From contig CAWCNS010000011.1 in assembly GCA_963796965.1 (NCBI GenBank), positions 448,001 to 512,000 on the forward strand: a DNA stretch of 64,000 nucleotides. The letters run 5' to 3'. Made by a program: the position numbers and the translations under genes. Positions 44,547 to 55,916 of this stretch are shown here, one piece after another; the first letter of the stretch is position 1; every line of letters begins with the position of its first letter. The notes below the pieces were generated by a model that did not search any database, was not told the origin of the DNA, and was given only the letters and a program-made list of their open reading frames with translations. Source of the stretch: Calditrichia bacterium. GTDB lineage: Bacteria; Calditrichota; Calditrichia; JAJRVZ01.

Positions 44547-45656
44547 TTATTTTGTGGCAATAAACTTTTTCAGCAGTTCAAACTCCTGTTCGAAGTTGGG
44601 CGTAAAGATATCTTTACCAAGATTTTTTTCGATTTCAGCAATTCGCCAGAATTTACCAAATAGTATCTCATCAGTATTTATCTTAAACGGACCATTGGCC
44701 GTCATTCTGAAGGTATGCACCAATTCACTCTCATAATTGTTACGCATAATATACTGATAGAGCGGTTGATAGTTTTGCACCTCCACACCTAGCTCTTCTC
44801 TGGCTTCTCTTTTTAAAGCTGTAAGAACATCTTCACCACTATCAACATGCCCCCCGACAGAAGTATCCCATTTACCCGGTTGAACATCCTTATTTAATGC
44901 CCGCTTTTGCAGATAAAGATGTCCCTGTTTGTTAAAAATATGGAGATGAATCACAGGGTGAAGTAAATTGGGATCGCCGTGTACAGCGCTTCTCGGCGCC
45001 TTACCAATTATTTTCCCTTTTTCATCAACCAGGTCAAACCATTCTTCTCCATCATGTCCTTCAAACTTTCTAACGGCGGGTGCCTGACGTCTTACCCGGA
45101 TGTAGAGCCATTGTCCAAGGAAAACCAAACCAAAAATTATATAAAACAAGCCACCGGAAATAAACGCCCAGGCTTCCTTACTCATATAGTAAGCAGAATA
45201 GACAATGAGAGCGACATGAACAGTAATGATAATAAATAGCACCCGTGTTAATTTGCGCATCATCATCAATTGAAGGTCATTAACGGGTAGGTCCTTCATA
45301 TAACGTTTACCCATCATGAGTAGCAGAGGCTTGTCGGAAAAAGCATGAACACCCAGTAGGAAGACAAGAATCAATTCAATAAGTGCTGGTTTTAGTTTAA
45401 AAAACAACTCATTTTCAAGAACTATGGAGATACCACCCAGAATGACGATCAGTCCAACATCAAATAATATAAACGATTCTATTCGCTTGTCCTTGATATA
45501 GAAATAGGCAAATTCCCCAATTCCGACCAGGATGGCTGTTATAAGACCAATTCTCGTTCCAAACAATTCATCGGCAATAATAAAGATCAGAAGAGGTATG
45601 AAACCAATTGTAAAATTCTTTAATAATTCTTTCTTGTCAATTGTCTGTGTAGCCAT
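44547..45656 (-). CDS. YciB/IspZ-like membrane domain fused to NUDIX hydrolase (IDI/YfcD-like)
   Basis: FIPLLIF..FFKLKP TM region; WDTSVGGHVDSGE..ALKREAREELG. Confidence 0.8.
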   Translation of the reverse strand: MATQTIDKKELLKNFTIGFIPLLIFIIADELFGTRIGLITAILVGIGEFAYFYIKDKRIESFILFDVGLIVILGGISIVLENELFFKLKPALIELILVFLLGVHAFSDKPLLLMMGKRYMKDLPVNDLQLMMMRKLTRVLFIIITVHVALIVYSAYYMSKEAWAFISGGLFYIIFGLVFLGQWLYIRVRRQAPAVRKFEGHDGEEWFDLVDEKGKIIGKAPRSAVHGDPNLLHPVIHLHIFNKQGHLYLQKRALNKDVQPGKWDTSVGGHVDSGEDVLTALKREAREELGVEVQNYQPLYQYIMRNNYESELVHTFRMTANGPFKINTDEILFGKFWRIAEIEKNLGKDIFTPNFEQEFELLKKFIATK

Positions 45657-45953
45657 TTTTCAATTTAGAAATAAAGATTTTTTCAATCAATAACTTCTGA
45701 TTACTTCCTACACTTAAGCCACAAGATCACCAGTTCCCTATGAAATAATACATCAATGAATTTTAATTTGAGTCTCGGATTGTTAAATAAATTTTCTAAC
45801 ATATTTATCTTTTAGTTTATGTAGTTTCGTTTTTCTTTCGCCTTTGGGTCCCTAAACCTATGAAAATTATCAACTTACCCGCTCAAATTGTGCAAAAGAT
45901 AACTTGAAAAACAATGCAATTGTAGTTGTGCACGAAAAATATTCTTTTTATAT

Positions 45954-48900
45954 TTGAGTTTGCTAATTGTATGCGGTTCTGGATTTAAAGAGGATATTTT
46001 GATACCAATCAATATTAAAGAATTAAAAGAACAGGTTCCTGATGTGATTTTTAAGCAGGGTCTGGAATATTATAAAAATGACAAAGTAAAAATCACTAAT
46101 TGGGATAACTCGTCGGTCATTGCCTCCGTCCTGGACGAGCATCCTTATGTGGTTAGATTAAGTTCCGATGAGCGTTCATTTGAATCGGTTTGTACCTGCT
46201 CCTATAACCATATTTGCAAACATGCTGTGGCTGCGGCATTAGCATTAATCGAAGATCATGTTCGTGAAGATGATTTAGTTGAGGGTTCAAATTGGCGTGA
46301 ATACTTTGAAAAGCAGATTGCTATTCAGCAGGTTAATACGGACTTTTCTCAGGAGGTGCGATGGAAGCTCATCTATGTCATTCACATTCTTGAAAATTAC
46401 TGGAATCTAAAACCGATAAAAGTTTATATGAAAAAGGATGGTACTTATGGCCGTATTCAGGAACCATCTTTTAATGAACTATCATTACAAAACGTTTTTA
46501 ATACAGCCGGTGACTTAATTGCTATTTCGTATCTTGAACGTATTCAGACCCAGCAATCATCTACATATTATCGCGGCAAACTCGAAGCTTCCTATTTAAA
46601 ATTTGGGTTAAATGCAGGTGAAATGTTCAATTTGCTCCAAAACAGCGAAATTCACATAAAGAATGAGGATGGCTCAATTGGAAAACGTATCCGATTTGGC
46701 CGCAAACCCTGGCGCTTAATCTTCCGCTTAGAGGAAACGAATAGTCACTATCAGTTCCAACCCTATTTTATTCGCGGTGAAGAAGAAATAAAAGTAGACG
46801 AAAACATAAAAATTCTTAGTACCAACCCAATTTGGTTTTTTCGCGCCGGTAAACTTTACACATGTGCTTTTCCTTTTTCCTATGATTACTTAAAATCTTT
46901 TATCGAAGATGGGCTGCAGGTCAATTTATCGAAAGACGAATACCAGACTTTTATCTCAGATTATCTGGCAAAACTTCCAATCTTTCCTTATCTGGAGTTT
47001 CCGGAAGGTATTGAGGTGCAGGAGCTCAACGATGTCACTTCCAAACGCATCTACCTGGAAGAAATTGAGGACCAATTAGTTATAACACTCTCTATAATCT
47101 ATAACCAGATTGAAGTACCTTTTAACCAACCGACTGATCAATTTCTTCATTACGATAAAAAAAACAACCAGATTATTCGTATCAGAAGAGACCGCTCAAC
47201 TGAAGATCAGATTCGCAATGAGATTGTTGAGAGCGATATTATGGAAGATTCCCCGGGACTTTTTTATTCCAGTTGGGAATCGGCTCTGGAATGGTTATTT
47301 GAGGAGCTACCGAAGTTAGTGGAGAGTGGATTTGAGGTAATGGGTGAAGAATCACTTACCAAACTCCGTGTAAACAGAAAAAAACCTAAAGTTAATATGT
47401 CTTTATCCTCAGAGGTGGATTGGTTTGATCTTAACCTGGCCATAGAGTTTGATGGCGTTCCGCTTTCACTGACCGAATTAAAAAAAGCATTACAAAAAGA
47501 AAAAAGATTTGTTCGCCTAAAAGATGGTAGCATTGCCCGTTTACCAGAGAAATTGATACAAAAATTTCAATATCTCATAGAATTTGGACAACCCGAAACA
47601 AGTTCCATAAGATTTCAAGACCATCACCTCTCATTTGTTGACAAATTATTAGATGAGGCAGATACCAAAGAATTAGACAAGCTAAGCGAAAAGAAGCTGA
47701 AAAAAGCTTAGCCGCTTTAAAAAGATCAAAGAATATCCTCTACCAGAGAACCTTATCGGTGAGCTTAGAGACTATCAACTTTCTGGTTATAACTGGCTTA
47801 ATTTTTTACGTGAGTTTAATTTTGGGGGTTGCCTGGCTGACGACATGGGCCTCGGAAAAACGGTTCAAACATTAGTCTTTTTTACAGAATGAAGTAAACA
47901 ATAAAAAGGTTCCTAATCTCATCATCGCTCCTACTTCTGTTCTTTTCAATTGGCAAAGAGAAATTGAAAAATTTACCCCGGAGATGGATTATATGCTGCA
48001 TTACGGGACAAAAAGAACCCGTGATGTTCGACGGTTACGTAAAAAATCTTTGATTCTGACGACTTATGGCCATTTAAGAAGAGATGTCAGTTTTTTAAAG
48101 GATATTGACTTCCAATACGTGGTTCTGGATGAATCTCAGAATATTAAAAATCCCCAATCTGACACGGCACAGGCCGCAAAAAATCTACAGGCAAAAAACA
48201 GATTGACCCTAACCGGAACCCCGGTTGAGAATAATACCATGGAACTATGGTCTCAATTTTCTTTTCTAAGCCCCGGATTGTTAGGTAGCCAGACCTTTTT
48301 TAAAGAAAATTTTATGCGACCAATCGAGAAAAACCAGGATGTTCAGGCCGCATCGACATTAAAGAAGATTATTTTCCCCTATATACTCCGGCGAACCAAA
48401 GAAGAGGTTGTTAAAGAATTACCACCTAAAATAGAGAATGTTATTTACTCTCCTATGAGTGATGAACAGCAGAAAATTTATGATAAAGTACGTGATACAT
48501 ACCGCCAGACGATAGAAGAAGAAATTGCCTCAAAAGGGCTTGGAAAATCAACAATGCGTGTATTAGAAGGATTGACCAAACTTCGTCAGGTAGCCTGCCA
48601 CCCACACCTGGTAGATTCAAAGTATGAAGACGAATCAGGAAAGTTTGAGGCACTTAAATTAATGATTGATGAGATCATATCCGAAGATCATAAAGTTTTG
48701 GTATTCTCTCAATTTGTAAAGATGCTCACGGTGATGCGTGAATATTTGGATGAGGAAGCTATTGAATATGCCTATCTGGATGGTTCAACAAAAGATCGCG
48801 AGCAGGCGGTTAATAGGTTCCAGGAAGATGAGGATATACGAATATTTCTGATCAGCCTTAAAGCAGGAGGTGTTGGTCTAAATCTGACAGCCGCCGATTA

Positions 48901-49141
48901 TGTTATCCACTATGATCCATGGTGGAATCCTGCCGTTGAGATGCAGGCCAGCGATCGCGCACACCGGATTGGACAAACAAAGCGTGTTTTTACTTACAAA
49001 CTTATAGCCAAAGATAGTGTGGAAGAAAAAATCCTCCAACTGCAAGAACAGAAGAAGGAGTTAGTAAAAAAACTAATTACCACTGAAGGTGGTTTATATA
49101 AATCACTCTCCAGGGATGATATAATAGATTTATTCAATTAA
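45954..49141 (+). CDS. SWIM zinc finger + SNF2 family helicase, frameshifts at ~47705 and ~47880
   Basis: CTC...[13 protein letters not shown] in the inter-ORF gap; [19 protein letters not shown]. Confidence 0.92.
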
Positions 49142-49149
49142 ATAATTCA

Positions 49150-49306
49150 TTTCTCGCAGCGGCGCAGCGACGCAAAGGTTTATTTCTAAATGATTTATGT
49201 AAATATAATTAGAATTTATTTAAAATTGTTTCTATCACCTTAAAGATTCATAAATATATATTTCTATGCGATATGCTTGCCCTACGGAAACGGACGCTTG
49301 CGCGAA
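49150..49306. repeat. Family A cassette (degenerate right arm)
   Basis: tttctcgcagcggcgcagcgacgcaaag ... gcttgcgcgaa. Confidence 0.6.
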
Positions 49307-49561
49307 TTTTTATCAATGATTCAGGCTACTTAATATTCCATAAACATTATAAAGTTGATCAATCTTTCTTCTATCCCATAAATTTTAAGATGCGACCATT
49401 TTTCAATGCAAAACAACTATAATTCAATATTATCTGAAATAGTTCACGGTTGTTTTCCGTTTAACAGCGTTGATAGATTTCTGATTTTGAATTTTTAAAT
49501 TGGACATTCAATTGTCATTGGGATTTGGACATTTTTAATTAAATAGTATTTAGTGTTTTAA

Positions 49562-49900
49562 TTGATGGGGGTCGTAAAAGATAATATGACAAAATATGAA
49601 TATTTAAACAGTGGATTAAAAAAATTTGCCGGGCAGGATTATCAGGCCGCTATTGAAGATTTAAACAAAGCGATAGAATTGGATTCTACCTTTGATTTGG
49701 CCTATAATGCGCTGGCAGAATGTTATAACAAGTTAGGTGATTTGGAAAAAGCGATAGAAATTGCCCGCAAATATGTACAAATTAGTCCAAATGATCCCGT
49801 TGCCCATACGGCCCTCTCCCGACTTTATGTACAAAAAGGGATGATAGCAGAGGCCGAAGAAGAAATGGCTATCTCCAATCAGCTGGCAGGTTCCGGATAA
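49562..49900 (+). CDS. TPR repeat protein
   Basis: AIEDLNKAIELDSTFDLAYNALA and similar repeats. Confidence 0.8.
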   Translation: MMGVVKDNMTKYEYLNSGLKKFAGQDYQAAIEDLNKAIELDSTFDLAYNALAECYNKLGDLEKAIEIARKYVQISPNDPVAHTALSRLYVQKGMIAEAEEEMAISNQLAGSG

Positions 49901-49918
49901 GCATAGGAATTTTTAAAT

Positions 49919-50566
49919 ATGATTAAACTTATTATTTTAATGGTCTTAATACCTATGATTTCATTTGCACAACATGAAAGAACCGAACACTGGCAGGAGC
50001 GAACAAATTTATTTATCGGCGAGTTAGACTCCTTACCAAAGGGAAAAATTGTTTTTCTAGGTAATTCAATAACTGAAGGTTTTGATCTCGAACATTATTT
50101 TCCTGATGCCCTCCCTATTAATCGGGGAATTAGTGGAGATCACACCGATGGTTTATTGGAGCGATTAGAATACTCTGTCATTAGTTTAAAGCCTTCACAA
50201 TTATTTATTCTTATCGGTATTAATGATATAGGAGCTGGTGATCCAAGTTCATTGATCCTAAAAAATTATTATTCACTTATAGAGAAACTTGCTGAGACCT
50301 TGCCAAATTCAAAGATCTACATCCAATCGGTTCTACCGACGACCCAACAATGGACGAACTGTCCAAAGGATAAAATTATCCTTATAAATCAGAAAATTCT
50401 TGAATATTGCATTAAATTTAAATTCACCTGGATTGATCTCCATACAAAATTTGTAACCAATGATGGCTATTTAAATAATTCCCTTACGGAAGATGGCTTA
50501 CACTTAAATGATACAGGATATGCCCTGTGGGCAAAAGTTTTGAGAGGCTATATTTCTGTGAGATGA
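49919..50566 (+). CDS. GDSL/SGNH hydrolase, exported
   Basis: FLGNSITEG, NRGISG, IGIND, DGLH. Confidence 0.9.
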   Translation: MIKLIILMVLIPMISFAQHERTEHWQERTNLFIGELDSLPKGKIVFLGNSITEGFDLEHYFPDALPINRGISGDHTDGLLERLEYSVISLKPSQLFILIGINDIGAGDPSSLILKNYYSLIEKLAETLPNSKIYIQSVLPTTQQWTNCPKDKIILINQKILEYCIKFKFTWIDLHTKFVTNDGYLNNSLTEDGLHLNDTGYALWAKVLRGYISVR

Positions 50567-50654
50567 ATAATTTCAGTTAGTTAAAGAATATATTTATAAG
50601 GAAAATAAGTACGTATAAATTTATAATTTTCAGAAGATGAATAAGTGAGGTAGA

Positions 50655-51513
50655 ATGAGATTTATAATTCCATTTTTTTTAATTTTGTCGATGATGATCG
50701 GCTGTGCCACGAAAAAGCCCCCTGAAATTGAAGAAGAATCCTCTATAGTCGAAAAAGAGATAACCCCTCTCCCCGATTATTTATGGGCATTCAAACCTAA
50801 TATCAATGTTCGTGAAGATCATTCACCATCCTCATCAAAGGTGGCCCAGTTGTCTGACGGCGACTCGGTTATAGTGATGACCAATGAAAACGGTTGGTAT
50901 CAAATCAGGACGAATGAAAATACAATTGGTTGGGTAAGGACAGATCTGCTTGGGCCAAAAAACCTTAGTGCCTTTACCCGTGCAATCTCCTTTGTTGACA
51001 GTTTAAAGGAGAATGAAGAGATCGAAGTTTTTTTTGATAAAAAACTCTATCATAAGAGGATATATATTTCTTTTCCAGCAGCATTCTATACATCGAAATC
51101 AAAGGTCGAAGCTATAAACAAAGGCGCTTGTAGATAATTTTCAAGCGCGCGTTTATAGGGGACAGGTAACGGCACGGGTTCTAAAACCAGGCTCTGAGGA
51201 GGAATATCTTACCATTGTTGTCAACGGAGTACCAAATGCCGATCCTCTTTTACCAGTAATCCCTTTTGGGATTATTCGAAACGTAACACCAAAATACTCC
51301 AACGGAATTGATCTTAAATACGAAGCACCTTCCAATATTCCTGATCAACAGATACTATCTGTAGCACGAAATTTATCCGAAAATTTCCCGCTGACCTATC
51401 GAAGAATTGAGATAACCTTTATCAGCACGTCTGAGTCAGGTCCAAAACAATGCCGTCTATGGTATATTGAGGACGTAAATGGTGAAGATTATAAGTTCAG
51501 CCCCTGTCCATAA
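50655..51513 (+). CDS. SH3b-domain lipoprotein, frameshift at ~51117
   Basis: Lipobox MIGC; NVRE..GWYQI..GWV; shifted frame continues to TAA at 51513. Confidence 0.75.
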
Positions 51514-51519
51514 ATTTCC

Positions 51520-51538
51520 ATTTCTCGCAGCGAGAAAT
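51520..51538. repeat. Collapsed family A palindrome
   Basis: atttctcgc-a-gcgagaaat. Confidence 0.55.
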
Positions 51539-51622
51539 CAAAATCATTGTAGAGTCTTGCTCTTTTAAAGATAATTCGTGGAATTCGTGGACAAATCTTT
51601 TATAGTCCATATGTTTAAACAA

Positions 51623-53734
51623 CTATTTTACATAAAATCGGACATTGCGTCGGAGAGCAGAATTTGAGGATGACTCCAGAATATCAACTCTGAGGAGATA
51701 TTCTGATGGTGAAAGATTTTTTATATCAAGCATTTGACTTACGCGATGAGATCTCTCCGTCACCGGATAATTATTTGTTATACTAACGCCCAATTCAATT
51801 TCCTGATCAGCAATAAAAATCGAACCAAGCGTTTCCCACACAGATTCGGATTCCTCAACCGGTGAAATTGTATATTGAATTTCTAATGAATTCTCCCTGT
51901 CAAGAGTATCCAAACCATCCATCTCAAATGAGATTACTATTCGTTCACTATGGTGAAATGAATGGGACGCATTGGGTATTTCAGATAGCGATGCCAGATT
52001 TATCGATCCATCAAGATCATAAAAACTTAACTGGATATCACCCATCATGACATGACGGGGATTCAGGTCAATTATTGTGTCTGAAAATTCATGTCGAAAG
52101 AACTCTTGCGTGTCTTCATTAAAACCTTCAAATATCCAATCATATGCACCCGAATAAGCTTCAAATTGTTTCTGTCCTAACAGCGTGGTATCCTTCTGCC
52201 AAAAATCATTATCAGCCTTATGTGATTCCCATTCAGAAAATTTTCTATAAATGTCGGAATCGGCTCTGGATCTGAAAAGAGCAAATTTCCAGGGCCTGAT
52301 AATTTGATCCACTTCAGCAGGTTCCAAAGAATAATTAAAATTAAATTGAACTTGATTCTTTAAAAGGTGGTTGCTTACAATTTCTGGAATGGCTTTTACT
52401 TCCCCTCCCCGTGTTTCCAGCACGTATGATTCTGGTTTCGTATTGAACAGGTTTTCCGCAAAGAAAGCATGGGATTTCTCCGCCCGCGATTTGGAACGGC
52501 TGGCAAATTCATCTTTTTCAGCAAACTGGAACTGACCATTATTTAATTCATCATCAAATGAGATCTGGAAGTCAGGGTAGTACCAGGTCATAAAATCCCA
52601 GTAAATTGGATTTTTTGTATCGCGGATAATACCACCACCTTCATCTATGGTGGCCCTTCTCTTATGCCAATAGCCGAAATCGCTAAATTTCTGTTGCTCT
52701 AAATAATCCCAGCCCGGTTTCCAAGCTTCATCAATAAGCGCACCCTCCATTTCCCCTCGTACAACGACCTGATCCAAAGGAAATCCATAACGTATGACAA
52801 TTTTTCCCTGATCGGACTGCCAACCCGCTAAATCATTGAATTGAATAGTAAACTTTTTCTGTGCATAGGTGACGCGGGCAAAATGTTCTAATTCCCTTTC
52901 ATTATATTCGGTGACTAAAAGCGGGTCTGCTAAAGAGTTGTTTTGAATTGTAGTAAGATACTGCGTTCGTGCATTTAAATAGTTTTTAGATATATAATAG
53001 GGATCCTGTTGCTCATTTGACATCAGGGCAAAGGCTTTTTTGTAATAGCTGTCTGCTCTTCCATAATTTTTGATCCTGACATTAACCAATCCAGCCAGTT
53101 CATAAAGATCAGCATTATATTTCTGATAATTAAAATAAGAATCCAGCATGTTCGCAGCGGGAATCAGATTATTTGAATCATAATAAAGCCAGAAGATATT
53201 CGTTATCAGGGAATCCCCGCCATAATTATTCTCCAGACATTTTTTAAAAGCCCCATCTGCTAATTCGAAATACTCAGAGGCATATTCCTGAAAGGACCAA
53301 CCTTTTGAAGTGATCTCATGCCGATATCGCGCCATTTTTTGGCGATAAATTTCTCCCAGACGGTACCAGGCCAGCCAACATTCTTTATCAATCTCTAGTG
53401 CATCCTCATATTGATCAATGGCCTCACTTTCGAATTCATGGTCGTACAGAATATTTGCATAAATCACTATTAAATCGAGATTCTCATCATATTTGGAAAT
53501 TGCTTTTTCCAGGAGTGATTGAGCCGTTTTAAATCCATCGACCGTTTTCAATCCAATCTGATATTTGGCCGCTTTTAAATATTCTTCTGGCGTACCTCCA
53601 CTGAAATGAAGCCGTTTACTTAGGTGCTCCATAACGTCTCTCTGGTCATCCTGATGAACAGGCTCTTGACTAACCACTATATTTGCAGAGAAAATGAAGA
53701 TACTAATATATAAATAGATGGTTTTTAATCGCAT
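51623..53734 (-). CDS. TPR + GWxTD domain-containing exported protein
   Basis: Signal peptide, TPRs, NERELEHFARV..GWQSDQGKIVIRYGFP. Confidence 0.78.
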   Translation of the reverse strand: MRLKTIYLYISIFIFSANIVVSQEPVHQDDQRDVMEHLSKRLHFSGGTPEEYLKAAKYQIGLKTVDGFKTAQSLLEKAISKYDENLDLIVIYANILYDHEFESEAIDQYEDALEIDKECWLAWYRLGEIYRQKMARYRHEITSKGWSFQEYASEYFELADGAFKKCLENNYGGDSLITNIFWLYYDSNNLIPAANMLDSYFNYQKYNADLYELAGLVNVRIKNYGRADSYYKKAFALMSNEQQDPYYISKNYLNARTQYLTTIQNNSLADPLLVTEYNERELEHFARVTYAQKKFTIQFNDLAGWQSDQGKIVIRYGFPLDQVVVRGEMEGALIDEAWKPGWDYLEQQKFSDFGYWHKRRATIDEGGGIIRDTKNPIYWDFMTWYYPDFQISFDDELNNGQFQFAEKDEFASRSKSRAEKSHAFFAENLFNTKPESYVLETRGGEVKAIPEIVSNHLLKNQVQFNFNYSLEPAEVDQIIRPWKFALFRSRADSDIYRKFSEWESHKADNDFWQKDTTLLGQKQFEAYSGAYDWIFEGFNEDTQEFFRHEFSDTIIDLNPRHVMMGDIQLSFYDLDGSINLASLSEIPNASHSFHHSERIVISFEMDGLDTLDRENSLEIQYTISPVEESESVWETLGSIFIADQEIELGVSITNNYPVTERSHRVSQMLDIKNLSPSEYLLRVDILESSSNSALRRNVRFYVK

Positions 53735-53893
53735 TCTTTTATAAAATATTAATGATCTGATTCAATTTACAACATAATTTTACGCATTCAATGGGAAAGG
53801 GTTTCAGGGTATAATAATCTATGTTTCTTAAATAGAGGAGAAGAGATTTCTCAATCGAAAAGTAATCTAAAAGCGCTAGGACGTATAAAGCAG

Positions 53894-54895
53894 TCACAAA
53901 GACTTTTTCTTTTTTATTAACAACCAGATAAAAAAGGGCCCACCCAGCATCGCCGTAATAATTCCTACAGGCAATTCTGCCGGAGAAATGACTGTCCGGG
54001 CAAAGGTATCACACCAGATCAGAAAAGTTCCCCCGAATAACGGAGCAGTGATTAATAGTTTACGGTGGTCGGCACCCGTGAGCAAACGCAACAGATGGGG
54101 AATGATCAGACCGATAAATCCGATTGGTCCGGCAAAAGCCACTACCAGGCCCGTTAATGCTGATCCTATAAAAAATATCGATCGTTGCAAATGCAGAACA
54201 TCTACGCCTTTGCTGAGTGCCAGTTCATCGCCAGAACTTAAAATATTCAGAGCCGGGGCTTGTCTATAAAAATAGATCGCAGCTAAAACAACAAATGGCG
54301 CTAATACCAATGAATAATACCAACCTACAATCTGCAGACCACCCATCAACCAACGGATCATGCGATAGGTTTCAGTAAAATCAGCCAGATAATGGACAAA
54401 AAGGATGAGTGAAGAGAATAACAGACTTACTGTTACGCCGGTTAGTATCAGAATAAGAGGGGAAAGCCCTGCCCCGCTCCGGGCAATATGATATATGATG
54501 TAGATGGTCAGCAAACTGCCGCTTATGGAGAAGATAGCTGTTGTGGTGAACCCAAATAACGAAAATACCAATCCGCTTTTAATGGCAATAACGGCACCTA
54601 AGGCCCCACCTGATGAAACCCCTAAAGTATAAGGAGTCGCCAATTCATTTTGCAATAATGCCTGAAAAACAACACCAATCATGGCCAGGGAAAATCCAAC
54701 CAGAAAAGCAAATACAACACGTGGTAGACGTAATTCCATCAGAATTTTTTGACCGGTCTCTGAAAGATAGAACTGTCCTGGTTCGGAAAAACCACTTCCG
54801 ATTAACGGTGCGATCAAAAACGTTAGAACTACGAAAGCGAGAATTCCAATTCCGGCCATTCCGGATAATTTTATGTTTGGGCGTTGTTTATCCAT
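53894..54895 (-). CDS. Iron/cobalamin ABC transporter permease (FecCD/BtuC)
   Basis: LRLPR, LGVSSG, GPIGFIGL, ELPVG. Confidence 0.92.
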   Translation of the reverse strand: MDKQRPNIKLSGMAGIGILAFVVLTFLIAPLIGSGFSEPGQFYLSETGQKILMELRLPRVVFAFLVGFSLAMIGVVFQALLQNELATPYTLGVSSGGALGAVIAIKSGLVFSLFGFTTTAIFSISGSLLTIYIIYHIARSGAGLSPLILILTGVTVSLLFSSLILFVHYLADFTETYRMIRWLMGGLQIVGWYYSLVLAPFVVLAAIYFYRQAPALNILSSGDELALSKGVDVLHLQRSIFFIGSALTGLVVAFAGPIGFIGLIIPHLLRLLTGADHRKLLITAPLFGGTFLIWCDTFARTVISPAELPVGIITAMLGGPFFIWLLIKKKKSL

Positions 54896-55703
54896 AAGGC
54901 AGAATATACAGAGTTTTGGTAAATGGATTAATATCGATATATACTTTTACACCAAAGGTATCCTGTAACAGCTGGAACTGCAATACTTCTTCCGGCTTGC
55001 CATCACGAATTATTTTACCTTCACCCATGAGTACCACCCGGTCACAGAACTGTGCCGCAAGATTGATGTCATGGGTGACTACAAATATAGTTAGATCCTG
55101 TTCTTGTTTTAGTTTTTGCAGGATTTGATAGATGGCAATCTGATGATGTAAGTCCAGGGCACTCGTAGGTTCATCCAGAAGTATAATTTTTGGGTTCTGG
55201 GCTAAAGCACTTGCGATGAGGACGCGTTGTTTCTCACCGCCGCTCAATTCATTAAAGTGTCGGTCAGCAAACTGATCAATTTCCATAAGAATCATCATCT
55301 CCTGGACGACGTTAAAATCCTCGGCAGTATAAGCCCGGACTCCTTTTTGGTAGGGAAAGCGTCCCATTAAGACCACATCACGAACCGTAAAGGAGAAGGC
55401 AAAATTACTTTCTTGCGGTAAATAAGCAATGGTGCGGGCCAATTCCTTGCGGGTAATCTCTGTTAAGGATCTTCCATCGATCATAAGACTACCATGATCT
55501 GTATAAAGGATCCTGTCAATAAGTTTTATTAGAGTTGATTTCCCAGCACCATTTGGCCCAATAATGGCAATGAACTCCCCGGCAATCGCAGACAAATTAA
55601 TATCTCGTAAAACGGGGGTGTTTCCATAACTGAAGTTTATATCTTGTAATTCAAGCATCGGTCTATATTTCTCTTCACGCAGCATTGCAGAAAATTGGTC
55701 CAC
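54888..55703 (-). CDS. Iron/cobalamin ABC transporter ATP-binding protein
   Basis: GPNGAGKS, LSGGEKQR, LLDEPT, THDINLA. Confidence 0.92.
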   Translation of the reverse strand: MDQFSAMLREEKYRPMLELQDINFSYGNTPVLRDINLSAIAGEFIAIIGPNGAGKSTLIKLIDRILYTDHGSLMIDGRSLTEITRKELARTIAYLPQESNFAFSFTVRDVVLMGRFPYQKGVRAYTAEDFNVVQEMMILMEIDQFADRHFNELSGGEKQRVLIASALAQNPKIILLDEPTSALDLHHQIAIYQILQKLKQEQDLTIFVVTHDINLAAQFCDRVVLMGEGKIIRDGKPEEVLQFQLLQDTFGVKVYIDINPFTKTLYILPYG

Positions 55704-55799
55704 AAATTACACGGATTATCACGAATTTTAAGTTTAATTTTATATTTCACCTACACGATATCTCTCGAATATCAGCCTGAAACTTCAGGTTTCCAAATA

Positions 55800-55856
55800 T
55801 CATCATCCCGTATCATGCATCTCGTATCTCGTATCACGCATCTACATCCTAATCTC
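55800..55856. repeat. 7-bp periodic array
   Basis: tcccgta/tcatgca/tctcgta/tctcgta/tcacgca; same type as 24723-24790. Confidence 0.6.
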
Positions 55857-55916
55857 AAAATCCAACTTCTCTCGATAATACCGCTCGTCCTCCAGACGAC
55901 TGATCGGGACTAATCA

